Source: Candidatus Micrarchaeota archaeon
GTDB taxonomy: Archaea; Micrarchaeota; Micrarchaeia; Micrarchaeales; CABMGC01
NCBI GenBank assembly: GCA_021811535.1
Contig: JAJZOF010000020.1
Span: 10,572 to 74,571, forward strand
Length of the DNA stretch: 64,000 nucleotides
Direction: 5' to 3'
This document shows, piece by piece, positions 52,767 to 61,826 of this stretch. A program made the position numbers and the translations under genes. Position 1 is the stretch's first letter. The number at the start of each line of letters is the position of its first letter. The notes beneath the pieces are model-generated. The model worked only from the letters and a program-made list of their open reading frames with translations. It had not been told where the DNA came from and did no database searches.

Positions 52767-53657
52767 ATGATTATGCGTCAGTCCAGAAACCAGTCGGCAA
52801 TGGAGTATCTTACTACATATGGATGGGCCATACTCATAATTGCCATAGTCTTAGGGGCGTTGTTTGAGCTCGGAGTCTTCAGCGGCTCTGCTTTTGTGCC
52901 TACAGTTAACTCTGGATCGTGCATAGTGCAGCGGCCCTATGGCCCCGGAACTACAGAGCAGATAAGTCTGCAGGGCGCATGTAATAATGGGCTTCCAAAA
53001 TATGTCTCGATGATAACGAATGGCTATGTGGTGATCAATTCTGAATCTAGAAGCAGCATGCTTAACCTGACTACAAACAATATAACGATAACCGCATGGG
53101 TTTATGTGAATGGCTCGCTGAGCACATCCCAATCGCAGGATGTCATAGATAGGGAAAATAGCTACGGACTGGAGCTTCACTGCAACCCTTCATCAGGCAA
53201 GTGCGGCCTTGAAGCATCTTTGGGAAGCAATTTCAATCAGTATGGAAGCTTCCCTATGCATAAGTGGGTCTTTGTTGCGATCTCTTCACAGAACAACCAT
53301 ATTTACGCGTATGTAAATGGTACACAGGTTGGAACAGAGAATGTCTCTGATCCCATAATAACCCCGACTTTTTATGATACTTATATAGGATGCGACATGG
53401 GTAGTGGCGGATGCCCTAACGACGGGATAGACGGATATATATCGAATGTGCAGATATATAACACAATGTTGTCTGCAAATGGGATATCCGCACTCTATGC
53501 TGAAGGAATAGGTGGCGACCCAATAGACCTGCACAGTTTGCTTGCATGGTGGCCTCTGAATGGGAACGGGAATGACTATAGCGGAAATGGCAATAACGGC
53601 AATGCCACAAATATGGTATATATAACCGACTGGGAGCCTAATTATCAACAGCCATGA
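52767..53657 (+). CDS. Class III signal peptide (pilin-like) protein with a LamG-like domain, paralog 3
   Basis: The N-terminus MIMRQSRN|QSAMEYLTTYGWAILIIAIVLGALFELGVF, the LamG landmarks (HKWVFVAISS...IYAYVNGTQVG...NVQIYNTML) and the C-terminal ALYAEGIGGDPIDLHSLLAWWPLNGNGNDYSGNGNNGNATNMVYITDWEPNYQQP match paralogs 1 and 2. The start may be the ATG at 52773. Confidence 0.75.
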   Translation: MIMRQSRNQSAMEYLTTYGWAILIIAIVLGALFELGVFSGSAFVPTVNSGSCIVQRPYGPGTTEQISLQGACNNGLPKYVSMITNGYVVINSESRSSMLNLTTNNITITAWVYVNGSLSTSQSQDVIDRENSYGLELHCNPSSGKCGLEASLGSNFNQYGSFPMHKWVFVAISSQNNHIYAYVNGTQVGTENVSDPIITPTFYDTYIGCDMGSGGCPNDGIDGYISNVQIYNTMLSANGISALYAEGIGGDPIDLHSLLAWWPLNGNGNDYSGNGNNGNATNMVYITDWEPNYQQP

Positions 53658-53699
53658 TATGCACCAGATGACCTCAAATGCCTGTCTGGTTTATATTAC

Positions 53700-54368
53700 T
53701 CAGACGCTTATGTTGAGTTCTGATACACTTCCTGGTCCACCTGTCTCTATTGTGTAGTTCATTTGTATAAGCGATATGAACATTGGGCATATCTCTCCGC
53801 GGTAGCAGTATGGACGCGAATATCCGCTTACGGTAACGTTATAGTATGAGTATTCCTTGAGATTTGCAAAAATCAGCGAATATCTCGTAGGATAGAAGTA
53901 GGGTATTATCGCAGGGTAGGCCCCTGCAGTTGCACTGCCATTCCCAGAAATCTGCGTTTGAGAAGAATTAATTGCTATCGTAGAATTATATGTGCTGTTC
54001 TGCCCCGATATGTTTGCTGCAAGATATGGATACATACCCGTATAGTTTATGGGCATCGAGAAAGAAAGGCCAGGACCTGAGACATTGATGTGAAGGTTTT
54101 GTACTGTGCGCAGTGGGGATGCGTACAGATTTATCTGAAGCATAGCTGCAGATGTCGTGCTTTTATGCATTGTTGCATTTATTGCAGCTGATGCATTCTG
54201 CGCACTCGCCCCTGAAGATAGCATGGTCGATGAGACGAGCTCTGCCCTAAGCGAGGATAGCGCTGCATCCTGCACTGCAAGTAGTATCGCTATCAGTATC
54301 AGGAGCGCTGCTATCAGATAGGTGATACCTTTCTGTGTATTTTTATCTGGCAATGAATCATCTGACAC
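53700..54368 (-). CDS. Membrane-anchored Ser/Asn-rich extracellular protein (hypothetical)
   Basis: 222-aa ORF with an N-terminal TM anchor (ITYLIAALLILIAILLAV). I counted about a dozen N-x-S/T sequons by eye. Confidence 0.45.
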   Translation of the reverse strand: MSDDSLPDKNTQKGITYLIAALLILIAILLAVQDAALSSLRAELVSSTMLSSGASAQNASAAINATMHKSTTSAAMLQINLYASPLRTVQNLHINVSGPGLSFSMPINYTGMYPYLAANISGQNSTYNSTIAINSSQTQISGNGSATAGAYPAIIPYFYPTRYSLIFANLKEYSYYNVTVSGYSRPYCYRGEICPMFISLIQMNYTIETGGPGSVSELNISV

Positions 54369-54414
54369 ACATGTGTGCTTCTTTCTTTATAAATTTTTCT
54401 TTTAAAGTAGGTTT

Positions 54415-55158
54415 ATGCCTGATTACAATGACTCGTTTTCTGATGAGTATCTCCAGACAAAGTATGCGGAAGTCCATTACAGGCTTCATGCAGGCACGGG
54501 AAAGAAGATAATATTCCTGCATGGCTTGTCTGGCAGCACCAGGGTGTGGGCGAGGCTGGTTGCTGATCTTGAGGATGACATCGAGATATATTTATTTGAC
54601 CTGATTGGCCATGGGAAAACTTCAGCCATTGAAGGGGGCTACAATATAGATATGCAGGTATTGATGCTTGAAGAAGCAATAAGAAAGCTTGACATGGGCG
54701 CCCCATTCGTGTTCGGGCATTCTTATGGCGGGTGGGTTGCTGCGCTATATGCGGTAAGGAATAATTGGTACTCCGGCCTTATACTTGAGGATTCTGCAGG
54801 GCTTGATGAGTATATGACAGAGATTGCATCAGGGAGAGATCCTGCGGTAAACAAGGAGGAATTGGTAAGGGCTTCTAGGATACTGGGATCCGACAAGGCA
54901 GTTGTGGATAGCTTCCTGGAGTCTTTGACATCTGCAGAAACTTTAGATTCGAGATCCCTTGCAATGATAAAGAAGCCGACTGCAATAATATGGGGATCTG
55001 AAGACAGGAGGATACCATTGGAATATGGGAGACTTTTCAGTGAAAGGATACCTGAAAGCAGGCTTTATGTTATAAATGGAGCAGGGCATAGCCCACACTA
55101 CACAAATCATAAGGAAGTTGCAGAGGTACTTGCAGAATTTCTATCCGGAGTTGGTTAG
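54415..55158 (+). CDS. Alpha/beta hydrolase
   Basis: The oxyanion region IIFLHGL, the nucleophile elbow GHSYGG and a C-terminal GAGHSPH (catalytic His region) are present. Confidence 0.85.
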   Translation: MPDYNDSFSDEYLQTKYAEVHYRLHAGTGKKIIFLHGLSGSTRVWARLVADLEDDIEIYLFDLIGHGKTSAIEGGYNIDMQVLMLEEAIRKLDMGAPFVFGHSYGGWVAALYAVRNNWYSGLILEDSAGLDEYMTEIASGRDPAVNKEELVRASRILGSDKAVVDSFLESLTSAETLDSRSLAMIKKPTAIIWGSEDRRIPLEYGRLFSERIPESRLYVINGAGHSPHYTNHKEVAEVLAEFLSGVG

Positions 55159-55178
55159 CTGCAGGATACGTGCATACA

Positions 55179-56039
55179 TCATATTACCAGCAAGATGAGA
55201 TTGCCAAGGAGCAGAGAGACGATTACGCCTATAAGTATGAAGAGTGAGAGAGGCGCGGCGTTTTTGTAGACTGGGATCTTCCTCTTCTCATATCTCATGC
55301 TTTTTATAAGGCTTCTTGTAGCCAGCCTGCCGAATTTCGGGTATTTTTTCTCGAAGTATGCCCTCTCTTTGCTGCTCATCATATTGGTTGCTATCATATC
55401 TTCCTCTTGGAGTTTGGATGTACTTACCAACGATACCATTCCCGCATATATCTTATCCTCCATCATTATCATCGAAGAGGATGATACGGCTATCAGGAGG
55501 AGGAGTACTGCGCCCAATAGCGTCAGGCTTGAATATGTATATATTATTGCGGCAAACGCCAGGTATGCGGCGAATAGCACTACCCCTATGGCTTTCCTGT
55601 GTACCTGCATGGCTCTTACCTTCAACCCGGCTGTTTTTTTACCGGACAGAAGGACATAGTATATTGGTATGCCTATGCTTGCCGCATATCCCGTGCCTAC
55701 GAATACAGAGAGTATGAACGGAAGCCCAAGCTGCGGCACGTGAAGCATTACGGGGCCCTGAAGTGGCAGTATGAGACTTATCGTGGCAAATTCCATGACA
55801 TCGCCGGCGCCGAGTATGCCGCTTCTGTATAGCAGGTAGCCCAGGGAGAGTATGATGAATGCTATCAGTATGCTGTTTATTGCAATCTGGTAAGGATATG
55901 TGAGGGTTATTATGAAGGCGGCGGCAAAACAGACATATACGAAGATATTTGGTATGTTGCGGTTGTTGAAGACATCGAATACTGCGTATATGACTGATAT
56001 TGCAAGAAGAAACGAGAGCGGTATGAATTCGGGTAACAT
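55179..56039 (-). CDS. Archaeal prepilin/preflagellin peptidase-like (A24 family) membrane protein
   Basis: The polytopic membrane protein carries two Asp motifs: AVFDVFNNRNIPN in TM1 and GILGAGDVMEF later (the GxGD-type region). The start is set at the ATG at 56039 (MLPEFIPLSF). The track ORF extends to 56129 with a Cys/His-containing N-terminus. Confidence 0.65.
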   Translation of the reverse strand: MLPEFIPLSFLLAISVIYAVFDVFNNRNIPNIFVYVCFAAAFIITLTYPYQIAINSILIAFIILSLGYLLYRSGILGAGDVMEFATISLILPLQGPVMLHVPQLGLPFILSVFVGTGYAASIGIPIYYVLLSGKKTAGLKVRAMQVHRKAIGVVLFAAYLAFAAIIYTYSSLTLLGAVLLLLIAVSSSSMIMMEDKIYAGMVSLVSTSKLQEEDMIATNMMSSKERAYFEKKYPKFGRLATRSLIKSMRYEKRKIPVYKNAAPLSLFILIGVIVSLLLGNLILLVI

Positions 56040-56208
56040 ATGGTAATTCACATTTTTATGTTTGCGCGCATGCGATGCTGAAGATTGCCCGGTTGCCCAA
56101 GCGCCGCATTTGCATTTTATGGTATGCACGTCAAATCTTTATATTCTTTCTATGTGTCTCGGATCCATGTATGCTTATCCTGCGATGGCACTATGATTAG
56201 AGCCGCAT

Positions 56209-56228
56209 TTGTAGAAAAGATTTAAATA
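56209..56228 (+). promoter_or_regulatory. BRE/TATA-like 20-mer ttgtagaaaagatttaaata (copy 2)
   Basis: Exact copy of 30388..30407. It is followed 35 nt later by a 46-codon ORF (56264..56404). Confidence 0.4.
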
Positions 56229-56388
56229 CCTGACTATTCACAATAGAGATTACTGTGTTTAGTATGCAGGCTAGTAGTGCGGTTTGGGTTGGGCTTGACG
56301 CCAATACAATGCCGGTAGTACTAGCTGGAGCAGTAAATACAGTAATGGACTGCTTCTTCTTGATAGGCAAGTCAATATATTATCCGCT

Positions 56389-56434
56389 GCATAAGAGCGA
56401 ATAAAAAAATAAAGTTTTTTTGGTGCTCTTATGC
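56389..56434. promoter_or_regulatory. Compound inverted repeat (10-bp outer arms plus A7/T7 inner arms) spanning the ATG of the 56431 gene
   Basis: GCATAAGAGC (56389..56398) is the exact reverse complement of GCTCTTATGC (56425..56434). Inside it, AAAAAAA (56403..56409) faces TTTTTTT (56415..56421). Confidence 0.45.
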
Positions 56435-56757
56435 AACTATTATATAGAGATAGTAATGTTTATACAATTCCTCACCTCAGCATGAAGGAGTTGGCGATCC
56501 TCTCAGAGATCGGGCTGGGTGAGATGCCTACGGCTACGGAGTTCGTAGAGCTTGTCGCTGAAAAATACGAGGTTTCGGTGAGTGGGGTTTGGTATACTCT
56601 GAAGAAACTGAAGCGCGAGGGCCATCTGGATTTCACTGAGAAAGGCGAGGAGGAAAGGCCTCTGCACCTTACGGAAAGTGGAATCCGGGTTCTTCGCGCC
56701 AACATGAAGCGCATGACAGGAGGAGCAGAGGAAGGGGTAGTGTACCAGATGGGGTAG
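56431..56757 (+). CDS. Winged-helix transcriptional regulator (hypothetical)
   Basis: 108-aa ORF. The sequence LAILSEIGLGEMPTATEFVELVAEKYEVSVSGVWYTLKKLKREGHLDF fits a wHTH fold. Confidence 0.5.
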   Translation: MQLLYRDSNVYTIPHLSMKELAILSEIGLGEMPTATEFVELVAEKYEVSVSGVWYTLKKLKREGHLDFTEKGEEERPLHLTESGIRVLRANMKRMTGGAEEGVVYQMG

Positions 56758-56776
56758 GTCCACTGCCCTGATGCTC

Positions 56777-57361
56777 TCAGCGCCGTTTTTGTTTTTCCAT
56801 TCTTTTTATCAGGGATATTACATCCCTGTTCAGTTCTGCTATTGTGCCTTCGTTTAATATTATGAAATCTGCCATGGCTATTGCGCCGCCAAGACCCCAG
56901 CTTAGCTCCACCCTGTCCCTCCATTCAAAGCTCTTATAATCAGTCATGTCCCATGCAAGGCCGCGCTTCGAGAGTCTCTCGAACCTGGTCTTTGGGCTCG
57001 CATATACTGATAGTAGTATGAATTTTGATTTCAGGCCCTTTCTGAATGTGTCTGCTTCGTCTAGGGATTTTATCGAATTTATTATGACGAAATCGGTATC
57101 AAGGAGCATCTTCTTGACCTTCTTCACGGCCCTCTTGGCTATAACATCCTGGCCGTATTTCTCTCTGAGCTTTGTAGCACATATACGAAGGTTCTCGTTG
57201 TTAATCTCCTTTCCTTCGAGTTTGAGCTGGTCTTCAACTATCGTTCTCAGCTGGATCTCGGATATCTTCCTTATCTTTGAAATCTCTTTTATGGCAGTGT
57301 CTTTCCCTGCACCGCCTAGGCCGCATATCCCTATCACAGTTTTTTGGTTAGTCTTCGGCAT
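56777..57361 (-). CDS. P-loop nucleotide kinase-like protein (UPF0200 / dephospho-CoA-kinase-like)
   Basis: The P-loop ICGLGGAGKDTA and a LID-like RFERLSKRG are present in a 194-aa ORF. Confidence 0.5.
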   Translation of the reverse strand: MPKTNQKTVIGICGLGGAGKDTAIKEISKIRKISEIQLRTIVEDQLKLEGKEINNENLRICATKLREKYGQDVIAKRAVKKVKKMLLDTDFVIINSIKSLDEADTFRKGLKSKFILLSVYASPKTRFERLSKRGLAWDMTDYKSFEWRDRVELSWGLGGAIAMADFIILNEGTIAELNRDVISLIKRMEKQKRR

Positions 57362-57372
57362 GATAAACCTCT

Positions 57373-57702
57373 TTATCTTATTTTGCCCCCTTCCTTTATC
57401 TCTTTATCCGTAGTGAGCAGAGAAACTGCAGATTCGTCTTCCGCAGCGAGGAGCATTGCTTCCGAGATTATCCCTGCGATGCTTTTTGGCTCCAGATTTA
57501 CTATTGCTATTACCTTCTTTCCTATAAGCTCTTCTCCATTGTAATAATCCTTGATTCCTGCTATTATCGTCCTCCTTCCCACCTCTGCTCCGAAATCAAC
57601 GGAGAGCTTGTACATGGGCTTTCTCGCTGTGGGATGGTCTTCAACTTCTATTATGCGGCCAACTCTTATGTCCATTTCTGAGAATTGTGCTATGGTGGCC
57701 AT
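57373..57702 (-). CDS. csaA: tRNA-binding domain protein (CsaA/Trbp111-like)
   Basis: The sequence MDIRVGRIIEVEDHPTARKPMYKLSVDFG......IAGIKDYY..EELIGKKVIAIVNLEPKSIAGIISEAMLLAA is the OB-fold tRNA-binding signature. Confidence 0.85.
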   Translation of the reverse strand: MATIAQFSEMDIRVGRIIEVEDHPTARKPMYKLSVDFGAEVGRRTIIAGIKDYYNGEELIGKKVIAIVNLEPKSIAGIISEAMLLAAEDESAVSLLTTDKEIKEGGKIR

Positions 57703-57743
57703 CTAAACACCAGTATTTAATTGTTTAATATTTATAAGGTTTT

Positions 57744-58295
57744 ATGAGGATTTTCCTTGCGATAGATCTTCCGGTGGAGCTTAGGGCCAGGCTGAGCAGG
57801 ATTGCTGAGGAGTTTGATGTTGAGGGCTTCGCCGCTGTGAAAGAAGAGAACATACACATAACGGTGCAGTTTATAGGAGACATCGGCCATAAAGGCCTGA
57901 AGCCTGTCGAGAAGTATAGACCTACCGGATCGCTGCGAAAAAGTTTTGGAGTCGGTGTATCAGGCATCTCTTATTTTGGGACGCGGATGCCCAGAGTTAT
58001 ATACGCAAATGTGGATGATTCCGGAGGAAACATAAGAAGGATAAACGAGGACTTCAGCAGCTATCTGGAATCATATGGGATAACGGTTAAGCATGAGGAT
58101 ACGTTCGTACCGCATGTGACCCTTGGCAGGGTAAAGAGTCCCCGGGGTCTGGATAAGATATACGCACTTTTATCTACATATAAGGATACTGAATTCGGAA
58201 ACTTTACGGTGGACAGGCTTTATATCAAGAAGAGTGAGCTTCATGGCGAAGGTCCAGTTTACAGCAACGTCTTCTGCTTTAAGCTTTATTTGTAG
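57744..58295 (+). CDS. thpR: RNA 2',3'-cyclic phosphodiesterase (2H family, ThpR/LigT)
   Basis: MRIFLAIDLP is at the N-terminus, and two HxT motifs are present (HITVQFIG and PHVTLGRV). Confidence 0.88.
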   Translation: MRIFLAIDLPVELRARLSRIAEEFDVEGFAAVKEENIHITVQFIGDIGHKGLKPVEKYRPTGSLRKSFGVGVSGISYFGTRMPRVIYANVDDSGGNIRRINEDFSSYLESYGITVKHEDTFVPHVTLGRVKSPRGLDKIYALLSTYKDTEFGNFTVDRLYIKKSELHGEGPVYSNVFCFKLYL

Positions 58296-58917
58296 GCGGA
58301 GCCTGAACTTTGCCATCCTGTTGCCTCGGGGGATTCGTAGGCTGGGACTTTGGCTGGGCTGCTGGCTGGGGTTTAGGTGCTATTGTGGATAGCTCACCTG
58401 GGCGGTACAGCCTATTTAGCAGAAGGAGATTGTAAGGCTTGCCCACTTTGGTATCTATAACTATATGCCTCCGATCCGTCCCGAATAGGTCAAACTCTAC
58501 AGAATGGCCGATGTTAAGCCTCTTTATGGAATCTATGTGCTGTGTAAGGCGCTTTGCCCCGTTCTGCAGGCCTATAAACCTCAGCTCCACATTTGGGTCC
58601 CTTAGCTCTTTTCTGAATTTATTTATCTCACGGATTATCTTATGCGGAGACTCCTCGGTTATCCTTGCTGCAAAGCAGTAAAATGAATTTACGTCATACG
58701 CTGCTACCAGCAGATCTTCAAGTATATCTTTGGCGGTGATGTATCTTGCCTGCTCCGTATACTTAAGTTTTATTGTTGCGTTTGATTCGAGAATCATCGC
58801 TTTAGGCGCTACCCGATTTAATGATGCATTCCACATCTCTCCGCTGGACAGTAGAATGCGGCTTGTGCCAAAATCAGTAGATAGGCGCCTCTTCTCGTAA
58901 CTCTGCCACATGTCCAT
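58279..58917 (-). CDS. Hypothetical protein with a Pro/Gln-rich C-terminal tail
   Basis: 212-aa ORF with the tail PKPQPAAQPKSQPTNPPRQQDGKVQAPPTNKA. I recognise no confident family. Confidence 0.4.
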   Translation of the reverse strand: MDMWQSYEKRRLSTDFGTSRILLSSGEMWNASLNRVAPKAMILESNATIKLKYTEQARYITAKDILEDLLVAAYDVNSFYCFAARITEESPHKIIREINKFRKELRDPNVELRFIGLQNGAKRLTQHIDSIKRLNIGHSVEFDLFGTDRRHIVIDTKVGKPYNLLLLNRLYRPGELSTIAPKPQPAAQPKSQPTNPPRQQDGKVQAPPTNKA

Positions 58918-59041
58918 GAAATTTAATAGTACAGAAACATATTAATTCGTGTTTATGCTTTTATGAGCGTGCGTCTGCGCCACTTAGAAAGGTTTTTGAA
59001 GAGCACATTTAACCCATAAGGATTAGGGATGGTATAAATAT

Positions 59042-59566
59042 GTGAAAAGAGATGCTATATTGGATGGTTTTATCCAACAGTCTTCTTATATGAAATCCCC
59101 TCCGAAGGAGGATTTTAATAAGTTGAAGGACACCGCGTCTTCGGCTGATGCGCCGGAGCTGCTTAAGTTGATAGGGACATTGTCAAGAATCGGAGGTTTT
59201 GATCAGAAGTCCGTAAGGCTACGGGAAGAGACCTTTGACATTGCTTTGGAAAGAGTACAAGAGCTCACCGAAGCTGGAAGAATCTCACCAATATATGCGA
59301 TAGCGTTTTTTCAACAGATGGAAATAGAAAAGGGCAACTATGGCTCTGCAGTTTCATCTATTTTGCAGAAGACAGAGATTGGCCTTATGAAGGTCATAGT
59401 GCAGGGTGCCTCTGATAAGTCCATGTTCAACATGGGTACCTACGAGCGCGCTCATTTCGCATCATTCGCTGTTGACTTAATAGGCTTCTCCTCGGGAAAC
59501 AGGGAATTGGATGAGGCGGCAGGCGGACTGAAGGCAAAGCTAAATATAATGTTGGCCAGGAAATAA
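59042..59566 (+). CDS. Hypothetical protein (helical)
   Basis: 174-aa ORF with a GTG start and no recognised motif. Confidence 0.35.
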   Translation: MKRDAILDGFIQQSSYMKSPPKEDFNKLKDTASSADAPELLKLIGTLSRIGGFDQKSVRLREETFDIALERVQELTEAGRISPIYAIAFFQQMEIEKGNYGSAVSSILQKTEIGLMKVIVQGASDKSMFNMGTYERAHFASFAVDLIGFSSGNRELDEAAGGLKAKLNIMLARK

Positions 59567-59588
59567 GGAATCATCTTAGGATGGTTCT

Positions 59589-60617
59589 TTGGCCATTGTG
59601 CAGGCTCCAGGAGTGATTAAGCTGTTTGGTGAGCATGCAGTAGTTTATGGCAGGCTCTCTGCTGCGATAGCCGTGAGCTTGTATTCAAGCGTCTCAGTCG
59701 ATGAAGCGGGAGGGGAAGGGAAGGTGTGCATATCCCTTCCGGATTTCTCATTGGAAGCAGAGTTTTCGGATGCAGAGCTCTTGGATATTGCATCGGAATA
59801 CTCTACACGGGGCTCGATAAGCGCATATCTCGATAATTTTAAACAGAGAGTGGATTCAAGGCTCCTGCCATACGCCACTATCATAGGCAGGTACCGCGCT
59901 GACGGTGGCAGAATGAGCGCGAAGAGATTCGAGATACGTTCGATGATACCGGTGCAGAAGGGGCTGGCCAGCAGTGCGGCGTGCTCTGTTGCTCTCTCTG
60001 TTGCTGCCGCAAATCTTTATCATGGTTCTTACACTGAAGAGGACGTGATAGAGCGTGCGCTTGACGGCGACAGGATAATACACAGAAACGAGAATGCCGG
60101 GAAGATAGACGTGCCTACCTCATTCTATGGCGGATGCATAAGCTACAACAAGGAAGGTGGAGTACGGAGGGAGGAGCTTGGCGCGAGTATGGAGATTGCT
60201 ATTGTTGATACCGGGCCTAAAAAGAGCACGGCGGAGACGGTAGGAATAGTCTCAAAGCTTCATGAGAAAAATGCACCTTATGCAGAGAGGCTTTTTGATA
60301 GTATAGACTTATGCGCAAGAAGAGGCATAGAGGCGATTAGGGGAGGCAACCTTGAGGCTGTAGGCAAGGAGATGTATTCCAATCATGATGCGCTTGCGAT
60401 GCTTGGAGTCTCGAGCGATGGACTGGACAGGTTAGTCTCTTGCGCGAAGGCCTGCGGGGCGTACGGAGCCAAGCTCAGCGGAGGAGGAGGAGGCGGAATG
60501 GCAATAGTGCTGTGCGATAAGGAAACTTGCGGATGCATTAGGAAGAATGGATTCGAATGCACACCAGTAAGCGTCTCGATAGACGGAGGAGTAACTTTCC
60601 TGAAAGGGCGCAGATGA
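59589..60617 (+). CDS. mvk: Mevalonate kinase (GHMP family)
   Basis: APGVIKLFGEHAVVYG, the GHMP motif II PVQKGLASSAACSVA and KLSGGGGGG are present. The start is TTG at 59589 or GTG at 59598. Confidence 0.88.
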   Translation: MAIVQAPGVIKLFGEHAVVYGRLSAAIAVSLYSSVSVDEAGGEGKVCISLPDFSLEAEFSDAELLDIASEYSTRGSISAYLDNFKQRVDSRLLPYATIIGRYRADGGRMSAKRFEIRSMIPVQKGLASSAACSVALSVAAANLYHGSYTEEDVIERALDGDRIIHRNENAGKIDVPTSFYGGCISYNKEGGVRREELGASMEIAIVDTGPKKSTAETVGIVSKLHEKNAPYAERLFDSIDLCARRGIEAIRGGNLEAVGKEMYSNHDALAMLGVSSDGLDRLVSCAKACGAYGAKLSGGGGGGMAIVLCDKETCGCIRKNGFECTPVSVSIDGGVTFLKGRR

Positions 60618-60755
60618 TTTATCTGCAGTTTCTCTGCAACGTTATATGACGATGCACGTGCCCTTAATTAAATATGGGATTTGGACATATATCTGATGCT
60701 GTCCGAGTACGCATTGGCAGCGGATATGTTTGATTTCGCAGTAGGGTGAAGGCTG

Positions 60756-61826
60756 GTGAATATAAAGGAGACTGATGCAAAAGCGATTTTTAAGAAAGAG
60801 GGAATACGCGTACCTCTCAGCTTTGAGGTATTCTCGGCTGCAGACGCAATCCGCGGATTTAATGCTTTGGGAAGTAATGCGGTGATAAAGCCTATTGGGA
60901 TAAAGGGTAGGGGCAAGCGGGGGCTTGTCTCTTTTGTCTCTTCCGGGGATGAAGCTGCAGAAGCCTCGATGCAGATGCTTGGTTTGAATGTGGATGGGCA
61001 TGTTATCGAGAGCCTCATAATAGAGGAGCGCGTGGATCCTTCTAGGGAATATTACTTTGCATTCTCGCTTGATTTTGCAAGTGCTAAGGCAGTTGCAATA
61101 GCAGGCAATGGAGGCATCAACGTTGAGGATGGCAAGGCATCTTTGGAAAAGTATTATTTTGATCTTGGCGGGGGATTTGGGGTTGATGAGGCAAATAGGC
61201 TTATAGAGGCAGCAGGCATTGCAGAGAAGGAAGAGGCGAGTAGACTTATCATGGGAATTTACAAGATATTCTGCGCTTACGGTGCGGAGACGGTAGAGAT
61301 AAACCCGGCAGGGGTAGACCGCAACGGGAAACTGATAGCCCTTGATGCGGTTATATCACTCGATAATGCCCAGATAGGCCATGATGAGGTAAGGGATGGC
61401 ATAGGAGCAAGGATGCGAAATAGGGGATGGTCTTATGTTGATATTGGAGGGGATATAGGATTAGTATGCAGCGGGGCAGGGCTTGCGATGGCCACACTGG
61501 ATATGATAAGCATGGCTGGCGGAAAGCCTGCAAACTTTTTAGACCTGGCGCAGGTTGACGGAGACGGCTTGTATGAAGCATGTTGCATTCTCAGCGAACG
61601 CGGATCTATGAAGGCAATCCTGGTGAACCTCTTTGCAGGACTGAACAGGTGCGATGAGATGGCGGAAGGAGTGCGCAGGTTTGTAGAGGATAAAAAGCCT
61701 GGATTAAAGATTGTCGTAAGAATGGCAGGGAACAGGGTTAGTGAAGCGGAAGAAGTTCTGTTAGGATGCGGAATACGCAATTTTGCAGACCTGGAGAGTG
61801 CAGTGAAGGCTGCGGTTGATGCTTGA
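60756..61826 (+). CDS. sucC: Succinyl-CoA-synthetase-like ADP-forming CoA ligase, beta (ATP-grasp) subunit
   Basis: GTG start. MNIKETDAKAIFKKEGIRVP is at the N-terminus. GKPANFLDL and AILVNLFAGLNRCDEMAEGV are colinear by eye with E. coli SucC. At 356 aa it is slightly short. Confidence 0.8.
   Translation: MNIKETDAKAIFKKEGIRVPLSFEVFSAADAIRGFNALGSNAVIKPIGIKGRGKRGLVSFVSSGDEAAEASMQMLGLNVDGHVIESLIIEERVDPSREYYFAFSLDFASAKAVAIAGNGGINVEDGKASLEKYYFDLGGGFGVDEANRLIEAAGIAEKEEASRLIMGIYKIFCAYGAETVEINPAGVDRNGKLIALDAVISLDNAQIGHDEVRDGIGARMRNRGWSYVDIGGDIGLVCSGAGLAMATLDMISMAGGKPANFLDLAQVDGDGLYEACCILSERGSMKAILVNLFAGLNRCDEMAEGVRRFVEDKKPGLKIVVRMAGNRVSEAEEVLLGCGIRNFADLESAVKAAVDA

Noticed and set aside
60648-60700. 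A possible box C/D sRNA in the mvk-sucC spacer, with atgacga as a C-box-like element and ctga as a D-box-like element.
   Set aside because: The C box has a mismatch to RUGAUGA. I found no C'/D' pair or terminal stem, and the spacing is too short to be convincing.
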